A stretch of 64,000 nucleotides of DNA, from the NCBI RefSeq assembly GCF_009914755.1, contig NC_060938.1; one strand, written 5' to 3'. Below the pieces are notes generated by a model. The model was not told the origin of the DNA and made no database searches. It saw only the letters and a program-made list of their open reading frames with translations. Shown one piece after another: positions 1 to 13,300 of this stretch. The position numbers were made by a program, and so were the translations under genes. The DNA is from the human T2T-CHM13v2.0 reference genome, Homo sapiens. Positions within the stretch are counted from its first letter, which is position 1; every line of letters starts with the position of its first letter.

Positions 1-267
1 GCTCTGTAAAAAGAAAGGTTCAACTCTGTTAGTTGAGTACACACATCACAAACAAGTTTCACAGAATGCTTCTTTCTAGCTTGTAGGGGAAGATATTCCC
101 TTTATCACCATGGGCCTCAAACCGTCCGATAAGTCCACTTCCATATACTACAAAAAGAGCGTTTCAAACCTGCTCTAGGAAAGGCAATGTTCAACTCTGT
201 GACTTGAATGCAGACATCACAGAGCAGTTTCTGAGAATGCTTCTGTCTAGATTTTATAGGAAGATAT

Positions 268-284
268 TCCCGTTTCCAACGAAA
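268..284 (-). other. CENP-B box 1 of the HOR (repeated in every unit)
   Basis: The + strand TCCCGTTTCCAACGAAA reverse-complements to TTTCGTTGGAAACGGGA, which satisfies nTTCGnnnnAnnCGGGn. Confidence 0.95.
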
Positions 285-609
285 TCTTCACAGCTATCCA
301 AATATCCACTTGCAGATTCTACAAAAAGAGTGTATCAAAACTGCTCTGTCAAAAGGAAGGTTCTTCTCTGTTAGGTGAGTGCATACGTCATAAAGGAGTT
401 TCTGAGAATGTTTCTGTCTAGTGGTTATGGGAAGATATTTGCTTTTTCCCCGTAGGCCTCAGGGCGCTCCAAATGTCCACTTGCACATGCTACAAAAAGA
501 GTGCTCCAAAGCTGCTCTCTGAAAGGGAATGTTCAACTCTATGAGTTGAATGCAAACATCACAAAGACGTTTCTGAGAATGCTTCTGTCTAGATTTGATA
601 TGAAGATAT

Positions 610-626
610 TCCCGTTTCCAACGAAA
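610..626 (-). other. CENP-B box 2 of the HOR
   Basis: TCCCGTTTCCAACGAAA at 610-626. Confidence 0.95.
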
Positions 627-947
627 TCTTCAAATCTATCCAAATGTCCACTTGCAGTTTCAACAAAAAGTGTTTTTCAGAACTGCTCTATCAAAAGAAA
701 GATCCACCTCTGTTAGCTGAGTTCACACATCACAAACAAGTTTATGAGAATGCTTCTGTCTAGTTTTTATTTGAAGATATTTCCTTTCTCACCATAGAGC
801 TGAAAGCTGTCCTAATGTTCACTTCCAGATACTACAGAAAGAGTGTTTCAAAACTGCTGTACGAAAGGGAATGTTCAACTCTGTGACTTGAATGCACACA
901 TCACAAAGAAGTTTCTGAGTATGCTGCTGTCTACTTTTTATACGTAA

Positions 948-964
948 TCCCGTTTCCAACGAAA
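948..964 (-). other. CENP-B box 3 of the HOR (in the 167-bp shortened monomer)
   Basis: TCCCGTTTCCAACGAAA at 948-964, preceded by TATACGTAA in place of TATATGAAGATAT (4 bp shorter). Confidence 0.95.
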
Positions 965-1118
965 TCCTCCAAGCTATCCAAATATCCACTTGCAGATTCC
1001 ACAGAAAGACTGTTTCAAAACTGCTCTGTCAATAGAAAGGTTCAACTCTGTTAGCTGCGTGCATATATCCCAAAGAAGATTCTGAGATTGCTTCTGTCTA
1101 GTTTTTATGGGAAGATAT

Positions 1119-1135
1119 TTCCCTTTTCACCGTAG
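1119..1135 (+). other. pJ-alpha (A-box)-like motif in a CENP-B-box-negative monomer
   Basis: TTCCCTTTTCACCGTAG is close to the TTCCTTTTYCACCRTAG consensus and lies 171 bp from CENP-B boxes 3 and 4. More diverged versions occur in the other three box-negative monomers (TTGCTTTTTC[A/C]CCGTAG, TTCCTTTCTCACCATAG, TTCCCTTTATCACCATGG). Confidence 0.75.
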
Positions 1136-1289
1136 GTGTCAAGGCGCTCCAAATGTCCACTTCCAGACACTACAAAAAGAGTGTTTCAAACCTACTCTGT
1201 GAAAGGGAATATTCAACTCTGTGACTTGAATGCACATATCACAAAGAAGTTTCTGAGAGTGCTTCTATCGAGATTTTATATGAAGATAT

Positions 1290-1306
1290 TCCCGTTTCCA
1301 ACGAAA
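1290..1306 (-). other. CENP-B box 4 of the HOR (mutated in 5 copies elsewhere in the window)
   Basis: TCCCGTTTCCAACGAAA at 1290-1306. Confidence 0.95.
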
Positions 1307-4300
1307 TCCTGAAATGTATCCAAATATCCCCTCGCAGATTCTACAAAAAGAGTGTTTCAAAACTGCTCTGTAAAAAGAAAGGTTCAACTCTGTTAGTTGA
1401 GTACACACATCACAAATAAGTTTCACACAATGCTTCTTTCTAGCTTGTAGGGGAAGATATTCCCTTTATCACCATGGGCCTCAAACCGTCTGAAACGTCC
1501 ACTTCCATATACTACAAAAAGAGCATTTCAAACCTGCTCTATGAAAGCCAATGTTCAACTCTGTGACTTGAATGCAGACATCACAGAGCAGTTTCTGAGA
1601 ATGCTTCTGTCTAGATTTTATAGGAAGATATTCCCGTTTCCAACGAAATCTTCACAGCTATCCAAATATCCACTTGCAGATTCTACAAAAAGAGTGTATC
1701 AAAACTGCTCTGTCAAAAGGAAGGTTCTTCTCTGTTAGGTGAGTGCATACGTCATAAAGGAGTTTCTGAGAATGTTTCTGTCTAGTGGTTATGGGAAGAT
1801 ATTTGCTTTTTCCCCGTAGGCCTCAGGGCGCTCCAAATGTCCACTTGCACATGCTACAAAAAGAGTGCTTCAAAGCTGCTCTCTGAAAGGGAATGTTCAA
1901 CTCTATGAGTTGAATGCAAACATCACAAAGACGTTTCTGAGAATGCTTCTGTCTAGATTTGATATGAAGATATTCCCGTTTCCAACGAAATCTTCAAATC
2001 TATCCAAATGTCCACTTGCAGATTCAACAAAAAGTGTTTTTCAGAACTGCTCTATCAAAAGAAAGATCCACCTCTGTTAGCTGAGTTCAGACATCACAAA
2101 CAAGTTTATGAGAATGCTTCTGTCTAGTTTTTATTTGAAGATATTTCCTTTCTCACCATAGACCTGAAAGCTGTCCTAATGTTCACTTCCAGTTACTACA
2201 AAAAGAGTGTTTCAAAACTGCTGTACGAAAGGGAATGTTCAACTCTGTGACTTGAATGCACACATCACAAAGAAGTTTCTGAGGATGCTGCTGTCTACTT
2301 TTTATACTTAATCCCGTTTCCAACGAAATCCTCCAAGCTATCCAAATATCCACTTGCAGATTCCACAGAAAGACTGTTTCAAAACTGCTCTGTCAATAGA
2401 AAGGTTCAACTCTGTTAGCTGCGTGCATATATCCCAAAGAAGATTCTGAGATTGCTTCTGTCTAGTTTTTATGGGAAGATATTTCCCTTTTCACCGTAGG
2501 CGTCCAGGCGCTCCAAATGTCCACTTCCAGATACTACAAAAAGAGTGTTTCAAACCTACTCTGTGAAAGGGAATATTCAACTCTGTGACTTGAATGCACA
2601 TATCACAAGGAAGTTTCTGAGAATGCTTCTGTCGAGATTTTATATGAAGATATTCCCGTTTCCAACGAAATCCTGAAATCTATCCAAATATCCCCTCGCA
2701 GATTCTACAAAAAGAGTGTTTCAAAACTGCTCTGTAAAAAGGAAGGTTCAACTCTGTTAGTTGAGTACACACATCACAAACAAGTTTCACAGAATGCTTC
2801 TTTCTAGCTTGTAGGGGAAGATATTCCCTTTATCACCATGGGCCTCCAACCGTCCGATAAGTCCACTTCCATATACTACAAAAAGAGCGTTTCAAACCTG
2901 CTCTATGAAAGGCAATGTTCAACTCTGTGACTTGAATGCAGACATCACAGAGCAGTTTCTGAGAATGCTTCTGTCTAGATTTTATAGGAAGATATTCCCG
3001 TTTCCAACGAAATCTTCACAGCTATCCAAATATCCACTTGCAGATTCTACAAAAAGAGTGTATCAAAACTGCTCTGTCAAAAGGAAGGTTCTTCTCTGTT
3101 AGGTGAGTGCATACGTCATAAAGGAGTTTCTGAGAATGTTTCTGTCTAGTGGTTATGGGAAGATATTTGCTTTTTCACCGTAGGCCTCAGAGCGCTCCAA
3201 ATATCCACTTGCACATACTACAAAAAGAGTGCTTCAAAGCTGGTCTCTGAAACGGAATGTTCAACTCTATGAGTTGAATGCAAACATCACAAAGACGTTT
3301 CTGAGAATGCTTCTGTCTAGATTTGATATGAAGATATTCCCGTTTCCAACGAAATCTTCAAATCTATCCAAATGTCCACTTGCAGATTCAACAAAAAGTG
3401 TTTTTCAGAACTGCTCTATCAAAAGAAAGATCCACCTCTGTTAGCTGAGTTCAGACATCACAAACAAGTTTATGAGAATGCTTCTGTCTAGTTTTTATTT
3501 GAAGATATTTCCTTTCTCACCATAGACCTGAAAGCTGTCCTAATGTTCACTTCCAGTTACTACAGAAAGAGTGTTTCAAAACTGCTGTACGAAAGGGAAT
3601 GTTCAACTCTGTGACTTGAATGCACACATCACAAAGAAGTTTCTGAGGATGCTGCTGTCTACTTTTTATACTTAATCCCGTTTCCAACGAAATCCTCCAA
3701 GCTATCCAAATATCCACTTGCAGATTCCACAGAAAGACTGTTTCAAAACTGCTCTGTCAATAGAAAGGTTCAACTCTGTTAGCTGCGTGCATATATCCCA
3801 AAGAAGATTCTGAGATTGCTTCTGTCTAGTTTTTATGGGAAGATATTTCCCTTTTCACCGTAGGCGTCAAGGCGCTCCAAATGTCCACTTCCAGATACTA
3901 CAAAAAGAGTGTTTCAAACCTACTCTGTGAAAGGGAATATTCAACTCTGTGACTTGAATGCACATATCACAAGGAAGTTTCTGAGAATGCTTCTGTCGAG
4001 ATTTTATATGAAGATATTCCCGTTTCCAACGAAATCCTGAAATCTATCCAAATATCCCCTCGCAGATTCTACAAAAAGAGTGTTTCAAAACTGCTCTGTA
4101 AAAAGAAAGGTTCAACTCTGTTAGTTGAGTACACACATCACAAACAAGTTTCACAGAATGCTTCTTTCTAGCTTGTAGGGGAAGATATTCCCTTTATCAC
4201 CATGGGCCTCAAACCGTCCGATAAGTCCACTTCCATATACTACAAAAAGAGCGTTTCAAACCTGCTCTAGGAAAGGCAATGTTCAACTCTGTGACTTGAA

Positions 4301-7300
4301 TGCAGACATCACAGAGCAGTTTCTGAGAATGCTCCTGTCTAGATTTTATAGGAAGATATTCCCGTTTCCAACGAAATCTTCACAGCTATCCAAATATCCA
4401 CTTGCAGATTCTACAAAAAGAGTGTATCAAAACTGCTCTGTCAAAAGGAAGGTTCTTCTCTGTTAGGTGAGTGCATACGTCATAAAGGAGTTTCTGAGAA
4501 TGTTTCTGTCTAGTGGTTATGGGAAGATATTTGCTTTTTCACCGTAGGCCTCAGAGCGCTCCAAATATCCACTTGCACATACTACAAAAAGAGTGCTTCA
4601 AAGCTGGTCTCTGAAACGGAATGTTCAACTCTATGAGTTGAATGCAAACATCACAAAGACGTTTCTGAGAATGCTTCTGTCTAGATTTGATATGAAGATA
4701 TTCCCGTTTCCAACGAAATCTTCAAATCTATCCAAATGTCCACTTGCAGTTTCAACAAAAAGTGTTTTTCAGAACTGCTCTATCAAAAGAAAGATCCACC
4801 TCTGTTAGCTGAGTTGACACATCACAAACAAGTTTATGAGAATGCTTCTGTCTAGTTTTTATTTGAAGATATTTCCTTTCTCACCATAGAGCTGAAAGCT
4901 GTCCTAATGTTCACTTCCAGATACTACAGAAAGAGTGTTTCAAAACTGCTGTACGAAAGGGAATGTTCAACTCTGTGACTTGAATGCACACATCACAAAG
5001 AAGTTTCTGAGTATGCTGCTGTCTACTTTTTATACGTAATCCCGTTTCCAACGAAATCCTCCAAGCTATCCAAATATCCACTTGCAGATTCCACAGAAAG
5101 ACTGTTTCAAAACTGCTCTGTCAATAGAAAGGTTCAACTCTGTTAGCTGCGTGCATATATCCCAAAGAAGATTCTGAGATTGCTTCTGTCTAGTTTTTAT
5201 GGGAAGATATTTCCCTTTTCACCGTAGGTGTCAAGGCGCTCCAAATGTCCACTTCCAGATACTACAAAAAGAGTGTTTCAAACCTACTCTGTGAAAGGGA
5301 ATATTCAACTCTCTGACTTGAATGCACATATCACAAAGAAGTTTCTGAGAATGCTTCTGTCGAGATTTTATATGAAGATATTCCCGTTTCCAACGAAATC
5401 CTGAAATGTATCCAAATATCCCCTCGCAGATTCTACAAAAAGAGTGTTTCAAAACTGCTCTGTAAAAAGAAAGGTTCAACTCTGTTAGTTGAGTACACAC
5501 ATCACAAATAAGTTTCACACAATGCTTCTTTCTAGCTTCTAGGGGAAGATATTCCCTTTATCACCATGGGCCTCAAACCGTCTGAAACGTCCACTTCCAT
5601 ATACTACAAAAAGAGCATTTCAAACCTGCTCTATGAAAGGCAATGTTCAACTCTGTGACTTGAATGCAGACATCACAGAGCAGTTTCTGAGAATGCTTCT
5701 GTCTAGATTTTATAGGAAGATATTCCCGTTTCCAACGAAATCTTCACAGCTATCCAAATATCCACTTGCAGATTCTACAAAAAGAGTGTATCAAAACTGC
5801 TCTGTCAAAAGGAAGGTTCTTCTCTGTTAGGTGAGTGCATACGTCATAAAGGAGTTTCTGAGAATGTTTCTGTCTAGTGGTTATGGGAAGATATTTGCTT
5901 TTTCCCCGTAGGCCTCAGGGCGCTCCAAATGTCCACTTGCACATGCTACAAAAAGAGTGCTTCAAAGCTGCTCTCTGAAAGGGAATGTTCAACTCTATGA
6001 GTTGAATGCAAACATCACAAAGACGTTTCTGAGAATGCTTCTGTCTAGATTTGATATGAAGATATTCCCGTTTCCAACGAAATCTTCAAATCTATCCAAA
6101 TGTCCACTTGCAGATTCAACAAAAAGTGTTTTTCAGAACTGCTCTATCAAAAGAAAGGTCCACCTCTGTTAGCTGAGTTCAGACATCACAAACAAGTTTA
6201 TGAGAATGCTTCTGTCTAGTTTTTATTTGAAGATATTTCCTTTCTCACCATAGACCTGAAAGCTGTCCTAATGTTCACTTCCAGTTACTACAGAAAGAGT
6301 GTTTCAAAACTGCTGTACGAAAGGGAATGTTCAACTCTGTGACTTGAATGCACACATCACAAAGAAGTTTCTGAGGATGCTGCTGTCTACTTTTTATACT
6401 TAATCCCGTTTCCAACGAAATCCTCCAAGCTATCCAAATATCCACTTGCAGATTCCACAGAAAGACTGTTTCAAAACTGCTCTGTCAATAGAAAGGTTCA
6501 ACTCTGTTAGCTGCGTGCATATATCCCAAAGAAGATTCTGAGATTGCTTCTGTCTAGTTTTTATGGGAAGATATTTCCCTTTTCACCGTAGGCGTCCAGG
6601 CGCTCCAAATGTCCACTTCCAGATACTACAAAAAGAGTGTTTCAAACCTACTCTGTGAAAGGGAATATTCAACTCTGTGACTTGAATGCACATATCACAA
6701 GGAAGTTTCTGAGAATGCTTCTGTCGAGATTTTATATGAAGATATTCCCGTTTCCAACGAAATCCTGAAATCTATCCAAATATCCCCTCGCAGATTCTAC
6801 AAAAAGAGTGTTTCAAAACTGCTCTGTAAAAAGGAAGGTTCAACTCTGTTAGTTGAGTACACACATCACAAACAAGTTTCACAGAATGCTTCTTTCTAGC
6901 TTGTAGGGGAAGATATTCCCTTTATCACCATGGGCCTCCAACCGTCCGAAACATCCACTTCCATATACTACAAAAAGAGCGTTTCAAACCTGCTCTATGA
7001 AAGGCAATGTTCAACTCTGTGACTTGAATGCAGACATCACAGAGCAGTTTCTGAGAATGCTTCTGTCTAGATTTTATAGGAAGATATTCCCGTTTCCAAC
7101 GAAATCTTCACAGCTATCCAAATATCCACTTGCAGATTCTACAAAAAGAGTGTATCAAAACTGCTCTGTCAAAAGGAAGGTTCTTCTCTGTTAGGTGAGT
7201 GCATACGTCATAAAGGAGTTTCTGAGAATGTTTCTGTCTAGTGGTTATGGGAAGATATTTGCTTTTTCACCGTAGGCCTCAGAGCGCTCCAAATATCCAC

Positions 7301-10300
7301 TTGCACATACTACAAAAAGAGTGCTTCAAAGCTGCTCTCTGAAACGGAATGTTCAACTCTATGAGTTGAATGCAAACATCACAAAGACGTTTCTGAGAAT
7401 GCTTCTGTCTAGATTTGATATGAAGATATTCCCGTTTCCAACGAAATCTTCAAATCTATCCAAATGTCCACTTGCAGATTCAACAAAAAGTGTTTTTCAG
7501 AACTGCTCTATCAAAAGAAAGATCCACCTCTGTTAGCTGAGTTCACACATCACAAACAAGTTTATGAGAATGCTTCTGTCTAGTTTTTATTTGAAGATAT
7601 TTCCTTTCTCACCATAGAGCTGAAAGCTGTCCTAATGTTCACTTCCAGATACTACAGAAAGAGTGTTTCAAAACTGCTGTACGAAAGGGAATGTTCAACT
7701 CTGTGACTTGAATACACACATCACAAAGAAGTTTCTGAGGATGCTGCTGTCTACTTTTTATACGTAATCCCGTTTCCAACGAAGTCCTCCAAGCTATCCA
7801 AATATCCACTTGCAGATTCCACAGAAAGGCTGTTTCAAAACTGCTCTGTCAATAGAAAGGTTCAACTCTGTTAGCTGCGTGCATATATCCCAAAGAAGAT
7901 TCTGAGATTGCTTCTGTCTAGTTTTTATGGGAAGATATTTCCCTTTTCACCGTAGGTGTCAAGGCGCTCCAAATGTCCACTTCCAGATACTACAAAAAGA
8001 GTGTTTCAAACCTACTCTGTGAAAGGGAATATTCAACTCTGTGACTTGAATGCACATATCACAAAGAAGTTTCTGAGAATGCTTCTGTCGAGATTTTATA
8101 TGAAGATATTCCCGTTTCCAACGAAATCCTGAAATGTATCCAAATATCCCCTCGCAGATTCTACAAAAAGAGTGTTTCAAAACTGCTCTGTAAAAAGAAA
8201 GGTTCAACTCTGTTAGTTGAGTACACACATCACAAATAAGTTTCACACAATGCTTCTTTCTAGCTTGTAGGGGAAGATATTCCCTTTATCACCATGGGCC
8301 TCAAACCGTCTGAAACGTCCACTTCCATATACTACAAAAAGAGCATTTCAAACCTGCTCTATGAAAGGCAATGTTCAACTCTGTGACTTGAATGCAGACA
8401 TCACAGAGCAGTTTCTGAGAATGCTTCTGTCTAGATTTTATAGGAAGATATTCCCGTTTCCAACGAAATCTTCACAGCTATCCAAATATCCACTTGCAGA
8501 TTCTACAAAAAGAGTGTATCAAAACTGCTCTGTCAAAAGGAAGGTTCTTCTCTGTTAGGTGAGTGCATACGTCATAAAGGAGTTTCTGAGAATGTTTCTG
8601 TCTAGTGGTTATGGGAAGATATTTGCTTTTTCCCCGTAGGCCTCAGGGCGCTCCAAATGTCCACTTGCACATGCTACAAAAAGAGTGCTTCAAAGCTGCT
8701 CTCTGAAAGGGAATGTTCAACTCTATGAGTTGAATGCAAACATCACAAAGACGTTTCTGAGAATGCTTCTGTCTAGATTTGATATGAAGATCTTCCCGTT
8801 TCCAACGAAATCTTCAAATCTATCCAAATGTCCACTTGCAGATTCAACAAAAAGTGTTTTTCAGAACTGCTCTATCAAAAGAAAGATCCACCTCTGTTAG
8901 CTGAGTTCAGACATCACAAACAAGTTTATGAGAATGCTTCTGTCTAGTTTTTATTTGAAGATATTTCCTTTCTCACCATAGACCTGAAAGCTGTCCTAAT
9001 GTTCACTTCCAGTTACTACAGAAAGAGTGTTTCAAAACTGCTGTACGAAAGGGAATGTTCAACTCTGTGACTTGAATGCACACATCACAAAGAAGTTTCT
9101 GAGGATGCTGCTGTCTACTTTTTATACTTAATCCCGTTTCCAACGAAATCCTCCAAGCTATCCAAATATCCACTTGCAGATTCCACAGAAAGACTGTTTC
9201 AAAACTGCTCTGTCAATAGAAAGGTTCAACTCTGTTAGCTGCGTGCATATATCCCAAAGAAGATTCTGAGATTGCTTCTGTCTAGTTTTTATGGGAAGAT
9301 ATTTCCCTTTTCACCGTAGGCATCCAGGCGCTCCAAATGTCCACTTCCAGATACTACAAAAAGAGTGTTTCAAACCTACTCTGTGAAAGGGAATATTCAA
9401 CTCTGTGACTTGAATGCACATATCACAAGGAAGTTTCTGAGAATGCTTCTGTCGAGATTTTATATGAAGATATTCCCGTTTCCAACGAAATCCTGAAATC
9501 TATCCAAATATCCCCTCGCAGATTCTACAAAAAGAGTGTTTCAAAACTGCTCTGTAAAAAGGAAGGTTCAACTCTGTTAGTTGAGTACACACATCACAAA
9601 CAAGTTTCACAGAATGCTTCTTTCTAGCTTGTAGGGGAAGATATTCCCTTTATCACCATGGGCCTCCAACCGTCCGATAAGTCCACTTCCATATACTACA
9701 AAAAGAGCGTTTCAAACCTGCTCTATGAAAGGCAATGTTCAACTCTGTGACTTGAATGCAGACATCACAGAGCAGTTTCTGAGAATGCTTCTGTCTAGAT
9801 TTTATAGGAAGATATTCCCGTTTCCAACGAAATCTTCACAGCTATCCAAATATCCACTTGCAGATTCTACAAAAAAAGTGTATCAAAACTGCTCTGTCAC
9901 AAGGAAGGTTCTTCTCTGTTAGGTGAGTGCATACGTCATAAAGGAGTTTCTGAGAATGTTTCTGTCTAGTGGTTATGGGAAGATATTTGCTTTTTCACCG
10001 TAGGCCTCAGAGCGCTCCAAATATCCACTTGCACATACTACAAAAAGAGTGCTTCAAAGCTGGTCTCTGAAACGGAATGTTCAACTCTATGAGTTGAATG
10101 CAAACATCACAAAGACGTTTCTGAGAATGCTTCTGTCTAGATTTGATATGAAGATATTCCCGTTTCCAACGAAATCTTCAAATCTATCCAAATGTCCACT
10201 TGCAGATTCAACAAAAAGTGTTTTTCAGAACTGCTCTATCAAAAGAAAGATCCACCTCTGTTAGCTGAGTTCACACATCACAAACAAGTTTATGAGAATG

Positions 10301-13300
10301 CTTCTGTCTAGTTTTTATTTGAAGATATTTCCTTTCTCACCATAGAGCTGAAAGCTGTCCTAATGTTCACTTCCAGATACTACAGAAAGAGTGTTTCAAA
10401 ACTGCTGTACGAAAGGGAATGTTCAACTCTGTGACTTGAATGCACACATCACAAAGAAGTTTCTGAGGATGCTGCTGTCTACTTTTTATACGTAATCCCG
10501 TTTCCAACGAAATCCTCCAAGCTATCCAAATATCCACTTGCAGATTCCACAGAAAGACTGTTTCAAAACTGCTCTGTCAATAGAAAGGTTCAACTCTGTT
10601 AGCTGCGTGCATATATCCCAAAGAAGATTCTGAGATTGCTTCTGTCTAGTTTTTATTGGAAGATATTTCCCTTTTCACCGTAGGTGTCAAGGCGCTCCAA
10701 ATGTCCACTTCCAGATACTACAAAAAGAGTGTTTCAAACCTACTCTGTGAAAGGGAATATTCAACTCTGTGACTTGAATGCACATATCACAAAGTAGTTT
10801 CTGAGAATGCTTCTGTCGAGATTTTATATGAAGATATTCCCGTTTCCAACGAAATCCTGAAATGTATCCAAATATCCCCTCGCAGATTCTACAAAAAGAG
10901 TGTTTCAAAACTGCTCTGTAAAAAGAAAGGTTCAACTCTGTTAGTTGAGTACACACATCACAAACAAGTTTCACAGAATGCTTCTTTCTAGCTTGTAGGG
11001 GAAGATATTCCCTTTATCACCATGGGCCTCCAACCGTCCGATAAGTCCACTTCCATATACTACAAAAAGAGCGTTTCAAACCTGCTCTATGAAAGGCAAT
11101 GTTCAACTCTGTGACTTGAATGCAGACATCACAGAGCAGTTTCTGAGAATGCTTCTGTCTAGATTTTATAGGAAGATATTCCCGTTTCCAACGAAATCTT
11201 CACAGCTATCCAAATATCCACTTGCAGATTCTACAAAAAGAGTGTATCAAAACTGCTCTGTCAAAAGGAAGGTTCTTCTCTGTTAGGTGAGTGCATACGT
11301 CATAAAGGAGTTTCTGAGAATGTTTCTGTCTAGTGGTTATGGGAAGATATTTGCTTTTTCACCGTAGGCCTCAGAGCGCTCCAAATATCCACTTGCACAT
11401 ACTACAAAAAGAGTGCTTCAAAGCTGGTCTCTGAAACGGAATGTTCAACTCTATGAGTTGAATGCAAACATCACAAAGACGTTTCTGAGAATGCTTCTGT
11501 CTAGATTTGATATGAAGATATTCCCGTTTCCAACGAAATCTTCAAATCTATCCAAATGTCCACTTGCAGATTCAACAAAAAGTGTTTTTCAGAACTGCTC
11601 TATCAAAAGAAAGATCCACCTCTGTTAGCTGAGTTCACACATCACAAACAAGTTTATGAGAATGCTTCTGTCTAGTTTTTATTTGAAGATATTTCCTTTC
11701 TCACCATAGAGCTGAAAGCTGTCCTAATGTTCACTTCCAGATACTACAGAAAGAGTGTTTCAAAACTGCTGTACGAAAGGGAATGTTCAACTCTGTGACT
11801 TGAATGCACACATCACAAAGAAGTTTCTGAGGATGCTGCTGTCTACTTTTTCTACGTAATCCCGTTTCCAACGAAATCCTCCAAGCTATCCAAATATCCA
11901 CTTGCAGATTCCACAGAAAGGCTGTTTCAAAACTGCTCTGTCAATAGAAAGGTTCAACTCTGTTAGCTGCGTGCATATATCCCAAAGAAGATTCTGAGAT
12001 TGCTTCTGTCTAGTTTTTATGGGAAGATATTTCCCTTTTCACCGTAGGTGTCAAGGCGCTCCAAATGTCCAGTTCCAGATACTACAAAAAGAGTGTTTCC
12101 AACCTACTCTGTGAAAGGGAATATTCAACTCTGTGACTTGAATGCACATATCACAAAGAAGTTTCTGAGAATGCTTCTGTCGAGATTTTATATGAAGATA
12201 TTCCCGTTTCCAACGAAATCCTGAAATGTATCCAAATATCCCCTCGCAGATTCTACAAAAAGAGTGTTTCAAAACTGCTCTGTAAAAAGAAAGGTTCAAC
12301 TCTGTTAGTTGAGTACACACATCACAAATAAGTTTCACACAATGCTTCTTTCTAGCTTGTAGGGGAAGATATTCCCTTTATCACCATGGGCCTCAAACCG
12401 TCTGAAACGTCCACTTCCATATACTACAAAAAGAGCGTTTCAAACCTGCTCTAGGAAAGGCAATGTTCAACTCTGTGACTTGAATGCAGACATCACAGAG
12501 CAGTTTCTGAGAATGCTTCTGTCTAGATTTTATAGGAAGATATTCCCGTTTCCAACGAAATCTTCACAGCTATCCAAATATCCACTTGCAGATTCTACAA
12601 AAAGAGTGTATCAAAACTGCTCTGTCAAAAGGAAGGTTCTTCTCTGTTAGGTGAGTGCATACGTCATAAAGGAGTTTCTGAGAATGTTTCTGTCTAGTGG
12701 TTATGGGAAGATATTTGCTTTTTCCCCGTAGGCCTCAGGGCGCTCCAAATGTCCACTTGCACATGCTACAAAAAGAGTGCTTCAAAGCTGCTCTCTGAAA
12801 GGGAATGTTCAACTCTATGAGTTGAATGCAAACATCACAAAGACGTTTCTGAGAATGCTTCTGTCTAGATTTGATATGAAGATCTTCCCGTTTCCAACGA
12901 AATCTTCAAATCTATCCAAATGTCCACTTGCAGATTCAACAAAAAGTGTTTTTCAGAACTGCTCTATCAAAAGAAAGATCCACCTCTGTTAGCTGAGTTC
13001 AGACATCACAAACAAGTTTATGAGAATGCTTCTGTCTAGTTTTTATTTGAAGATATTTCCTTTCTCACCATAGACCTGAAAGCTGTCCTAATGTTCACTT
13101 CCAGTTACTACAGAAAGAGTGTTTCAAAACTGCTGTACGAAAGGGAATGTTCAACTCTGTGACTTGAATGCACACATCACAAAGAAGTTTCTGAGGATGC
13201 TGCTGTCTACTTTTTATACTTAATCCCGTTTCCAACGAAATCCTCCAAGCTATCGAAATATCCACTTGCAGATTCCACAGAAAGACTGTTTCAAAACTGC

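Larger units (their letters stand above)
268..1631. repeat. One representative 8-monomer HOR unit (phase set arbitrarily at a CENP-B box)
   Basis: CENP-B boxes start at 268, 610, 948 and 1290, then 1632 (268+1364). Dimer lengths are 342, 338, 342 and 342 bp. Confidence 0.95.

Noticed and set aside
370-385. Splice-donor-like AG|GTGAGT in each HOR
   Set aside because: It is a short match with no exon or transcript context and cannot be supported from sequence alone.
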